A DNA stretch of 64,000 bases. It comes from a virus. The notes below the pieces were generated by a model. The model made no database searches, was not told the origin of the DNA, and worked only from the letters and a program-made list of their open reading frames with translations. Both the position numbers and the translations under genes were made by a program. Where the stretch lies: the IMG/VR virus record IMGVR_UViG_3300045988_073070. One strand, written 5' to 3'. How positions within the stretch are numbered: position 1 is the first letter of the stretch; each line of letters opens with the position of its first letter. Of this stretch, positions 44,968-52,709 are shown piece by piece.

Positions 44968-44992
44968 ATTGTAAAATCAAATTGTAAAATGT
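44968..44992 (+). promoter_or_regulatory. start-codon-abutting tandem motif (clearest copy)
   Basis: 'attgtaaaatcaaattgtaaaatgt' lies before the ATG at 44993. Confidence 0.6.
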
Positions 44993-46231
44993 ATGGAAGA
45001 AAGTAAAAGAATACCTATCCCAGAGGACGTTGTAAACCCAAAAGAATATCTCAAATGGTATGCCTTAAATAAGCATCCATTATTGAGGAATCCTTACCAA
45101 ACGACTTCGGATGGGGAAGAAGTAAACATAGCAATGTTACCTCATAGGCTCAAGAAAGCTATTGAGCATTTGTCTCCCAAAGAACAAGAAGATTTGCTAA
45201 ATCTCAAGAAGCAGTGGATTGGACTAAATTCCAAAAGAAACGTAGCAAAGGCGATGGCGTATGGAAGAATGGGTTGTTTGGGCGGTAAGAAACCCGAAGA
45301 AGTACGTGTAATGAAACTCACTCCTTTTGAGGAAGATATTATGGAGCTTCTTGGACGTATGTTTACCATTCCCGAAGTAGTAAAGATTCTTGGAGAGGAT
45401 AATGGGATTGTGATAGACGAGGACGATGTAAAGAAAGTTTTGAAGCGTAATATTGTAGAGATAGAGCGAAAGCGTGAAGAGTATCGCAATAAGATTACGG
45501 ATGTCAGACTTTATAACAAACGCCCAAGACTTGACGAGTTGGGTTGGATGTATAGTAAAATGAAAGCAAGATATATTGCGCTGAACTCTATTGACGCATA
45601 CAACGCAATGCTACGAACGCTTGAGCAAATTCGCAAAGAATCCGAAGGAGACATTTTGAACATCAACGGAGTTCTTGACGTAAATATCGAAGTCCAAATA
45701 CAAAATCATATCCAAAAGGAAATTCTCAAAACTATCAATCTAAAAGAGATTATATTGGGACGTGTAGCGGCAAGGATGAACTTCAGCTTACCAAAATTGA
45801 TTGCTGGGTTACATAATTCTTATTACGCAAAATTCGTTGATATATCGGGAGACTACGATGCGGATGCTGAAATGATATATCCTTCAACTATGGCTTATGA
45901 CTTCACCGCTATTGAACGACAATCGGGCAGAGAGGTACAAGACATAAAAGCAGAGGATGTAACCGAGCAAGAGAAGTCCTCAGCAGAACGTACCAAAGAG
46001 ATGTTCTTGAAGAAGATTCGGAAGCAAAAAGAGGATTTGGAAAAACGCAATGCCGCTTTCGATGCAGAGGCAGAGATAGCAAAAGAAAAGATGAGCGAAG
46101 ATATATATGAACCTGTAAAGCGAGGAAAGGGCAGAGCAAAGGATAAAACACCACCTTCCAAAGAGAAGCGGAGTGGGGCAAGGTTTAAAAACAGAGACTA
46201 CTATACAGGTGAATCTAAAAAGAAGAAATAA
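44993..46231 (+). CDS. hypothetical protein with a possible HTH
   Basis: 412 aa. 'FTIPEVVKILGEDNGIVIDEDDVKKVL'. Basic C-terminus. Confidence 0.4.
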   Translation: MEESKRIPIPEDVVNPKEYLKWYALNKHPLLRNPYQTTSDGEEVNIAMLPHRLKKAIEHLSPKEQEDLLNLKKQWIGLNSKRNVAKAMAYGRMGCLGGKKPEEVRVMKLTPFEEDIMELLGRMFTIPEVVKILGEDNGIVIDEDDVKKVLKRNIVEIERKREEYRNKITDVRLYNKRPRLDELGWMYSKMKARYIALNSIDAYNAMLRTLEQIRKESEGDILNINGVLDVNIEVQIQNHIQKEILKTINLKEIILGRVAARMNFSLPKLIAGLHNSYYAKFVDISGDYDADAEMIYPSTMAYDFTAIERQSGREVQDIKAEDVTEQEKSSAERTKEMFLKKIRKQKEDLEKRNAAFDAEAEIAKEKMSEDIYEPVKRGKGRAKDKTPPSKEKRSGARFKNRDYYTGESKKKK

Positions 46232-46437
46232 TGGACTTACAAGAATTTATCAAACAAAACATTCCCAACGTAGAAAGTAGGGAAGATTTTAAGCAATATG
46301 TTTCTTTGAAAGAATGTCTTGCCGATGATAGTTTGTATGACCGCAAACAAGCAGCCGAACATTTTGAGAAATTTCTTGAATTGAAAGATAAGCTGTTTGA
46401 TGAATCAATCGGGAATTATTTGAAGAAAAGACAATGA
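46231..46437 (+). CDS. hypothetical small protein
   Basis: 68 aa, TAATG junction. Confidence 0.4.
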   Translation: MDLQEFIKQNIPNVESREDFKQYVSLKECLADDSLYDRKQAAEHFEKFLELKDKLFDESIGNYLKKRQ

Positions 46438-46655
46438 CAAATGAATCAAATAAAATCTACCAAACGAAACTTGAAGAAGCAAATAATGTTTTGTATAAGG
46501 TAGTAGATGATTTACAAAAAGAAGGAAGGAGCTTGAGAGAAATCGGAAAGCTCCTTTCAATTAAGAGAGCTGACTTGCTCAAGATTCTTCACCGAGACGT
46601 TGGTAATTTGTCTTATTCGGCAATATTACGCATTCAAAGTTCTTTATCAAAATGA
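46434..46655 (+). CDS. small HTH protein
   Basis: 'RSLREIGKLLSIKRADLLKIL'. Confidence 0.4.
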   Translation: MTNESNKIYQTKLEEANNVLYKVVDDLQKEGRSLREIGKLLSIKRADLLKILHRDVGNLSYSAILRIQSSLSK

Positions 46656-47236
46656 TTGATATGAAAACATTAGAATTAAGCCAAGAAGAACTTTACCAGT
46701 TAATGATATCACTCAGTCCTCATACGGAGCTTGACGGGTATCGGGAATTACAAAACAAGATACGCAAAGCAATGGGCTTTCCCGTAGGTTTTGAATATGA
46801 CCAAAGCTATGATAACGTAGCAAGGTTGATGATGGAAGCAATGCAATACGATAACGGAATGTGCGACCGTTACAACCGTGAAACCTATCCTGACAAATGG
46901 GTTGAACTTATTCGACAAGCAGCTGAGAAGTTCTTCCAGTTCAATACCGAATTGCTCAACGAAGAAACTATTGAAGAAATAGGAACAGGTGGAGAGGAAA
47001 CCGAGATGGAAGAAAAGTATGGTCACATTGAAGGTTGGAAAGAATTGAACCGAGTTCTTGGTCATTACTTCGACCACTACCCAGAGGAAGATGAATATCA
47101 AGGTGATTGGGAGTTGTACGATTATAAGTGTCGTCAAAAGCCTGATTGGATATACCGTTGTAAGAAGTGCGGTTGTACGAAGGTAGGAGAAAAGCCTCAA
47201 GTTTGCGATTGCGATAAAATAGAATTGGTAAAATGA
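46652..47236 (+). CDS. hypothetical protein with C-terminal Cys cluster
   Basis: 'CRQKPDWIYRCKKCGC...CDCD'. Confidence 0.4.
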   Translation: MIDMKTLELSQEELYQLMISLSPHTELDGYRELQNKIRKAMGFPVGFEYDQSYDNVARLMMEAMQYDNGMCDRYNRETYPDKWVELIRQAAEKFFQFNTELLNEETIEEIGTGGEETEMEEKYGHIEGWKELNRVLGHYFDHYPEEDEYQGDWELYDYKCRQKPDWIYRCKKCGCTKVGEKPQVCDCDKIELVK

Positions 47237-47637
47237 GGATTCTTTGCGTGCTACAAAACGCTTGGGGTGATAGACAACTTCCAATAGTCTTTTGCCCCAA
47301 TCCTTTTAATAAGAGTGCGAAGGTTATACGGAAAATGGTAGGTGATAATTATTATGACTTTTCCAATACTACTGACGTTGTTACAAGTAGTCCGAAGGGT
47401 AAACCTTCACCGAACTATGAACACTTCAGAAAAGTCATGGATATGATGCCTAAATATGATTTGATATTAGTCTGCGGAAGGCAAGCCGAAGAAACGGTGA
47501 GAAAGTTCCAAGACGAGATAAGACAAATTGGTAAGCCAATCATATTCGTACCTCACCCAGCCGCAAGAAATCTTACCAATAAGAGAATAGCAAAGATTAA
47601 CCGAGTTATACAAATTGTAAATAAGATTGTAAAATGA
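47233..47637 (+). CDS. possible uracil-DNA-glycosylase-superfamily protein (divergent)
   Basis: 'IIFVPHPAARNL' resembles UDG motif B (HPS/HPAA) and 'VLQNAWG' sits where motif A would be. Weak, eye-level only. Confidence 0.3.
   Translation: MRILCVLQNAWGDRQLPIVFCPNPFNKSAKVIRKMVGDNYYDFSNTTDVVTSSPKGKPSPNYEHFRKVMDMMPKYDLILVCGRQAEETVRKFQDEIRQIGKPIIFVPHPAARNLTNKRIAKINRVIQIVNKIVK
47611..47633 (+). promoter_or_regulatory. start-codon-abutting tandem motif
   Basis: 'caaattgtaaataagattgtaaa' is embedded in the 3' end of the upstream CDS, before the ATG at 47634. Confidence 0.6.
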
Positions 47638-47849
47638 GTAACAAAGTAAATATAGCAAGACCGATTCTTGACGACCTTCAGCGTATGATGAATGAAGGTA
47701 TCTCTGTACCGAGTTCCGTTGAGCTTTGGCGTAGTAAGCACCATATAAAAGCCGAAGATTGGTTGCGTTGGGCTCAAGATAACAAAGAGTATTTTCAAGG
47801 CATGATTCGTCAAGAACTTGCTTATAAACGTTCAAACAAATATGGCTAA
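47634..47849 (+). CDS. hypothetical protein
   Basis: 71-aa ORF. Confidence 0.4.
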   Translation: MSNKVNIARPILDDLQRMMNEGISVPSSVELWRSKHHIKAEDWLRWAQDNKEYFQGMIRQELAYKRSNKYG

Positions 47850-47859
47850 AACGAAGGTT

Positions 47860-47872
47860 GAGAGAGAGAGAG
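47860..47872 (+). repeat. (GA)6 dinucleotide repeat
   Basis: 'gagagagagagag' lies 10 nt upstream of the ATG of the ECF sigma gene. Confidence 0.9.
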
Positions 47873-47882
47873 TCAGAATACC

Positions 47883-48371
47883 ATGGAGCAAGAAATAGCA
47901 GCATTGTATGAACGTTTGTTACGTCAAGCCAAGTTCTACTATCCGAGAAGTACGGATGACGCATATGACCTTTGTAATGATACGATGGTAAAGATGCTAA
48001 CTAACCAAGACAAATTCCAAGAAGGTACAAACTTATACGGTTGGGCGTGTATGATTATGCGCAATCTCTTTATCAACGATTATCGAAGGACTTCCAGACA
48101 AGGCTTTGTAATGGAAAGCGAACAAGAAGGTGCGGATGTATTTGGACGGCTTGAACTCTTTGCTCCTGATACGGACGATTATTCAAGAGAATTGGACATA
48201 CGGGAAGCAATTGATGCACTACCAGAAAACGAGCGTGTTTGTATTAACTATTTGATTTGCGGTTATTCCTACGAACGAATGGCAGAGATATTTGAAGTAC
48301 CAATCGGAACGGTCAAAAGCCGTATTCATTTAGCAAGAAAGAAGTTACAAAAAGTCTTGACGAGATATTAA
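47883..48371 (+). CDS. ECF-type sigma-70 family RNA polymerase sigma factor
   Basis: Region 2 'DAYDLCNDTMVKMLTNQDKFQEGTNLYGWACMIMRNLFINDYRR'. Region 4 'LPENERVCINYLICGYSYERMAEIFEVPIGTVKSRIHLARKKL'. Confidence 0.85.
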   Translation: MEQEIAALYERLLRQAKFYYPRSTDDAYDLCNDTMVKMLTNQDKFQEGTNLYGWACMIMRNLFINDYRRTSRQGFVMESEQEGADVFGRLELFAPDTDDYSRELDIREAIDALPENERVCINYLICGYSYERMAEIFEVPIGTVKSRIHLARKKLQKVLTRY

Positions 48372-48402
48372 CAAAGTTTCTTACCAAAAGAAAGGAGTTG
48401 TT

Positions 48403-48711
48403 ATGAAAAAGTTTGAGCCTACAAAGAAAGGAATTTACAAATATGAGGTGTACGACTACAACGGCAATTATATACCTTATGAATTGAGAGTTGAAGTGTT
48501 TGGTGAATCCGATAGTGGAAAGACTTATCAAATCAAAACTCTTGAGGTAGGAGCTGGACGACTTGCATACGTTGGAACGCTCCTTTGGGTTCACAAAAGA
48601 AAAGTAATAATTGTAAATGACAACGGAAATGAAACAAGTAGAAACACCTCAGATGTATCTGAAGATAATGAGGACACAACTGGTTATTGGTGGGAAGAGG
48701 CATTTGGATAA
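48403..48711 (+). CDS. hypothetical protein
   Basis: 102-aa ORF. Confidence 0.4.
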   Translation: MKKFEPTKKGIYKYEVYDYNGNYIPYELRVEVFGESDSGKTYQIKTLEVGAGRLAYVGTLLWVHKRKVIIVNDNGNETSRNTSDVSEDNEDTTGYWWEEAFG

Positions 48712-48877
48712 GCGTACCGCCAAAGTAACGGACTTGGAAGAGTATCGGAGAAGCATACGTCAGGAACATGAAGGAGAAGCGTTGGAAGCAATATTCTTTA
48801 CCTACGAGGAAAGACCGATGCCCAAAGAGCAAAGTAAATTACAAATAACAATTAAATACGAAAGAGAGTATGTTTAA
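48617..48877 (+). CDS. questionable ORF overlapping the previous gene by 95 nt (true start unclear, or reached by frameshift)
   Basis: There is no in-frame ATG after the upstream stop at 48711 until near its own end. It does fill the otherwise empty interval 48712-48869. Confidence 0.25.
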   Translation: MTTEMKQVETPQMYLKIMRTQLVIGGKRHLDKRTAKVTDLEEYRRSIRQEHEGEALEAIFFTYEERPMPKEQSKLQITIKYEREYV

Positions 48878-49412
48878 TATTGGAACAATTTTCATAGCCG
48901 TGATATCAATTATCATTTTGGCTATCGGTGTGACGTTATTCCGAATGGTAGGATTCACCCGTTGGGCTATCATAGACGGTTTACGTTTGAATCGTTTATT
49001 CAAGCAACCCAAAAGGGAAAGTTTGTCATTCGTGGAATTGAAATCTCATGTAGCAAACGTTCTTTGGACAAAGATGAAAGGGGGCAAGCCTACTTATAGG
49101 AATGGTTCAAAGCTCCAAGAGATTAATCCATTGTCCGAAGAACAAGGACATAAGTATGTAACGATAAGCCGTGATAATCGTCCATTCCAGAACGTTTGTC
49201 ATATTCTTGTAGATACCGATATTGCGGGAATAGAAGTCAAAACGACCGTAGTTGCCCAAGATACCAAAGCATACGAGAATATGATGAATATAATGGGTTG
49301 GAATTTGAAAGAGGTTTTGAGGAATCTACGAGCCGTTGACGCTGGGGATTCCGAAGCGAAGCAAAACATCATTGACCGATACATAGAATATATGTTGAGG
49401 GAAATTTTGTAG
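48870..49412 (+). CDS. membrane-anchored hypothetical protein
   Basis: N-terminal TM segment 'IGTIFIAVISIIILAIGVTLF'. Confidence 0.4.
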   Translation: MFNIGTIFIAVISIIILAIGVTLFRMVGFTRWAIIDGLRLNRLFKQPKRESLSFVELKSHVANVLWTKMKGGKPTYRNGSKLQEINPLSEEQGHKYVTISRDNRPFQNVCHILVDTDIAGIEVKTTVVAQDTKAYENMMNIMGWNLKEVLRNLRAVDAGDSEAKQNIIDRYIEYMLREIL

Positions 49413-49433
49413 TTTTCATTATGATGATTTGGG

Positions 49434-49467
49434 AAAGCTCTGGTTTGCGAAAATCGGAGCTTTTTTT
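49434..49467 (+). terminator. rho-independent terminator
   Basis: AAAGCTCTGG / tttgcgaaaa / TCGGAGCTTT followed by TTTT. Confidence 0.8.
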
Positions 49468-49539
49468 GTTGCCTTTCGTTAAAAAGTTACCAAGAAAAGT
49501 TAAATATTGTCGATTTACCAAAAATAATTTGGAAAAAGT

Positions 49540-49570
49540 TTTGTAGATTAAATTATTGTTCGTACCTTTG
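49540..49570 (+). promoter_or_regulatory. Bacteroidota sigma-A-type promoter, copy 2
   Basis: TTTG at 49540-49543, 19-nt spacer, TACCTTTG at 49563-49570. Confidence 0.75.
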
Positions 49571-49657
49571 TACCGTAATCAAGAACGAAACATCTGTTAA
49601 GGTTACAAAGTTAGAAACAATAAACATTAAAATATCAACTTATAAAATTTGGAAATT

Positions 49658-50893
49658 ATGGCAACGAAAGTAAACAACAATCAGGTAAACGAGAGCGCAA
49701 ACGAAATGATGGACGCAAGAATCGTTAAATTGAATGAATTGAAAGGTGTAAAGATGGCAAACCTTTCCAAAGGTAAACGACCTGCTGCGAAGGAAGCAAA
49801 GCTCCAAGCAACGTACATTCTTGACAATTGGGATAACGAGTTTGAATTGGTGAAGATGCTTAATGATACCGAAGTCGTATTCAATGATGATATCAAAGCT
49901 ATCCTTTCCAGTCGTCTTCAAAACTTTGCTGACGCCAAGGAAGCGTGCAAGAAGGCGGTTGAGGAAGCTCCGAAGAAGGAGAAGAAAGCAAAGGCTCAAC
50001 CCAAAGAAGAAGTCAATCAGGAAGCTCCGAGCGTTAAACTGACCAAGAACGAAATGGAAGTGCTTATTGGTATGGCGGTTAATGCCGACCATTACGGAGA
50101 ACATAACGCATTTGTATTATCGGAAATCAAATTGGAACGCCCAAGAAGCATCAACTCACTTTCAGGTACAATGTCGGCTTTGAATAAGAAGGGTATGCTG
50201 TTAGCTTGCAATGGAGATAGCTATTTTGACGGTGAATTAACCGAAGCTGGTTTGGCTATGGTAGGTGATATCACTCCGCATTTGAAAGCCTCAAAGAAAT
50301 TCAAAGTAGCAGCAACGGACGCAAAGAAAGCTACCAAAGCTGAATCAACTCCGATGGCAGAGGCAAAGAAACCGACCGAGAAGAAAGAAGCTACCAAACC
50401 AGCAACATCTACAAAGAAGGTTGGCGATATTCATAAGAATGGCAAATGGGTATGGACTGAATATGCTCCTGGCAAATTCGATTGGCGGACTATTCCGAGT
50501 ATGAAGCAGAAAACGGGAGCAAAACCGAAGGTTGAAACCGAAGGTAAGAAAGCGGAGAAGAAGCAGACTGCTATGAAGTCAAACAAGGCTGAAAAGAGCA
50601 CTGCTAAGCAAACGAAGAAGGGTGAGCCGAAGAAGAACTCACCCGAAGCTCCGAAAGTGCTTACAATTGATGGATTTGTGGCTCTGCCCGTCAAGACTGC
50701 TAAAACTAACAAGAAACCTTCACCAGCTCAAGCCGAAGCATTGAAACTTATCAACAAAGGGTATCGGATAACGGCTGACCAAAAGTTCTTTGAGAAGGAT
50801 GGAGACCGCAAGAGTTGCAATATGGATAGCGTTACAGCGATGTTTAAGAGATACGGCATTGATTACATTCCCGAAGGACTTATCATCAAATAA
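49658..50893 (+). CDS. Lys/Ala/Pro-rich DNA-binding-like protein with a winged-helix-like segment
   Basis: ATG at 49658. 'LTKNEMEVLIGMAVNADHYG..SLSGTMSALNKKGMLLA' is flanked by K/A/E/P-rich, histone-H1-like tracts. First gene after promoter copy 2. Confidence 0.4.
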   Translation: MATKVNNNQVNESANEMMDARIVKLNELKGVKMANLSKGKRPAAKEAKLQATYILDNWDNEFELVKMLNDTEVVFNDDIKAILSSRLQNFADAKEACKKAVEEAPKKEKKAKAQPKEEVNQEAPSVKLTKNEMEVLIGMAVNADHYGEHNAFVLSEIKLERPRSINSLSGTMSALNKKGMLLACNGDSYFDGELTEAGLAMVGDITPHLKASKKFKVAATDAKKATKAESTPMAEAKKPTEKKEATKPATSTKKVGDIHKNGKWVWTEYAPGKFDWRTIPSMKQKTGAKPKVETEGKKAEKKQTAMKSNKAEKSTAKQTKKGEPKKNSPEAPKVLTIDGFVALPVKTAKTNKKPSPAQAEALKLINKGYRITADQKFFEKDGDRKSCNMDSVTAMFKRYGIDYIPEGLIIK

Positions 50894-50902
50894 TTAGCAA
50901 CC

Positions 50903-51097
50903 ATGAAAAAGACCCAAGTCAATAAGGTTAATCAAGGCACATACTTCAAATTAACCGAGAGCGAGAAAGCACCTGTTTGGGTACGTGGAGAGTTCAGCAG
51001 AGAAGCACAAAAGTATTCGTGCTACAAGTTTGACAATGTGAACCACGAGAAGTTGATGAAAGGTACGCAAACAATATTCGTAGATTTTGAATTTTGA
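50903..51097 (+). CDS. hypothetical small protein
   Basis: 64-aa ORF. Confidence 0.4.
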   Translation: MKKTQVNKVNQGTYFKLTESEKAPVWVRGEFSREAQKYSCYKFDNVNHEKLMKGTQTIFVDFEF

Positions 51098-51098
51098 T

Positions 51099-51569
51099 AT
51101 GAAAGAGAACAGCTTGGTCATAGAACTTCAACACTTCGCAGGATTTATGGAAGGTAGGCAAAAGAAGTTCTATGACCAAATGATAAAAGACGCAAAGCCT
51201 GTTGAGGTTGTAAGTTTATCCGAAGTATTCACCCCAGAGCAGATAGACTTCATAAAGAAGGCGGTGCGACCCAAAGCAAAAGAGTGTTATCGCAATGCTC
51301 ATCTGCTTACTTCTATCTTTCCCGAAGCTCTTTATGTGGAAGGGAAAATGACATGCTGTAAATGCTTCGGAATCGAGCATGCTTGGAATAAGATAGGTGA
51401 CAAATACATTGACATTACTATGGAGCTTGTGTTGCACCGAGACCCAACCAAAGAGGAATACATGAGCTTGGGCGAATATAGCGAGGACGTAATATCACCC
51501 ATAGTTTTGGAGACGGGATTTTATGGAAACATATATTCCATAGTTTATAACAGAAACAATCGTAAATAA
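51099..51569 (+). CDS. hypothetical protein with a candidate Cys-His-Asp triad (papain/transglutaminase-like?)
   Basis: 'KECYRNAH' ... 'IEHAWNKIGDKYIDIT'. ATG at 51099. Confidence 0.25.
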   Translation: MKENSLVIELQHFAGFMEGRQKKFYDQMIKDAKPVEVVSLSEVFTPEQIDFIKKAVRPKAKECYRNAHLLTSIFPEALYVEGKMTCCKCFGIEHAWNKIGDKYIDITMELVLHRDPTKEEYMSLGEYSEDVISPIVLETGFYGNIYSIVYNRNNRK

Positions 51570-51577
51570 AAATTAAT

Positions 51578-51852
51578 ATGGCAAAGATTTATAAAGCAAA
51601 CGGTGAAGTGTTAGACATAGAGCCTAAGAACGGTACAGACTTCAAGTTGGAAGAGTTACAAGCAATTGTAGGCGGATTGATAGACTGCCAAATGACAAAC
51701 GATGGTAAGGATTTGATTGTATTCAATGACGAAGGAAACTCATGGAACTTCCTTACAACGATAATGCAACAAAGATTTACCAAGACAGGGTTTATGAAGG
51801 AGACTTCTTGGTTGGCGATGTTTTGATTTGTAAAGAAACCGAAATGAAATAA
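51578..51852 (+). pseudogene. DUF3846-like gene interrupted by a 1-nt frameshift near 51736-51739
   Basis: Frame 1 gives 'LQAIVGGLIDCQ..DLIVFNDEGN'. The next frame continues 'LMELPYNDNATKIY..GDFLVGDVLICKETEMK*' and ends at 51852, 4 nt before the next ATG. One extra A in 'ggaaac' would restore 'DEGKLMELPYN'. Confidence 0.7.
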
Positions 51853-51856
51853 TGTT

Positions 51857-52315
51857 ATGGGAAAGTTATATGACCGATTACAGAAGCAATTGAAGATAGA
51901 GGAATACAAGCAAGACGCTGAAGATTGTCTCAAGATATATGAGAAGCTCAAAGAAATGAATAATGGTAGCGTTTGGGAGTCATCATGGAGCCCATTAACA
52001 ACTGTTAAGTTTGTAGGAACATATCCCAATTCCGAAAGGATATACAAACCGAGTCAAGAAGGTTATGTATTTCTGAAAGGTATTGAGAAAAAGAAGGAAC
52101 GTGAGGCAGGAGTTCGTTACATACCAGTACAAATGGCTATCATTAGTCATCTATCGGATGCGCAAGCCTGCATGGGTTTAGGTGGTAAATATGGATGGGG
52201 CGGTTATAATCGACATATCAACTTCGCAAAACAATTAGTATTAACATATCCTGATACGACAATCGAAGTATCGGAGAATGAATTGAACGAGCTATGGAAG
52301 AAAACTATTCAATGA
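51857..52315 (+). CDS. hypothetical protein
   Basis: 152-aa ORF. Confidence 0.4.
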   Translation: MGKLYDRLQKQLKIEEYKQDAEDCLKIYEKLKEMNNGSVWESSWSPLTTVKFVGTYPNSERIYKPSQEGYVFLKGIEKKKEREAGVRYIPVQMAIISHLSDAQACMGLGGKYGWGGYNRHINFAKQLVLTYPDTTIEVSENELNELWKKTIQ

Positions 52316-52512
52316 CCAAAGAAGCGGCAATTGAAGCTATGGAGCAAGGTGGGTATAAAGTTGCCCACCGCTTCTTTTCAGAAGGAGAGTACATATGGTC
52401 AGTCGATGACGAGTATTACAAGGATGAAGAAGGAACTTGGATACCAAAGAAAGACTTTTGGGAATGTCGTACAAAACAAGAATGGGGAACTGGATGGAGA
52501 ATAGTGGGTTAA
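52312..52512 (+). CDS. small protein resembling DUF2829
   Basis: ATGA-coupled ATG at 52312. 'MTKEAAIEAMEQGGYKVAHRFFSEGEYIW...GWRIV' resembles the DUF2829 pattern (EAl.al..Gkkv.R..W ... W.i), from memory. Confidence 0.3.
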   Translation: MTKEAAIEAMEQGGYKVAHRFFSEGEYIWSVDDEYYKDEEGTWIPKKDFWECRTKQEWGTGWRIVG

Positions 52513-52688
52513 AAATCATTTATCTTGATATAATGATTAAAGATAGGTTTATAACGCAAATACCTTATCCGTATTGTCCGTTGTTTCCTATTGATTCAGA
52601 AGAGCTGAGGAGTTTTATTGAAGATAAAAGACCGAGCTTGAAAAACAAAGATTTTCGCATTGAATTTTCCAATAACAAAGTTAAGTAA
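52494..52688 (+). CDS. hypothetical small protein (start uncertain: 52494 or 52530)
   Basis: The upstream part of the track ORF overlaps the previous gene. Confidence 0.3.
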   Translation: MENSGLKIIYLDIMIKDRFITQIPYPYCPLFPIDSEELRSFIEDKRPSLKNKDFRIEFSNNKVK

Positions 52689-52689
52689 C

Positions 52690-52709
52690 AAAATTGTAAA
52701 TTAAATTGT
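52690..52709 (+). promoter_or_regulatory. start-codon-abutting tandem motif
   Basis: 'aaaattgtaaattaaattgt' lies before the ATG at 52710. Confidence 0.6.
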
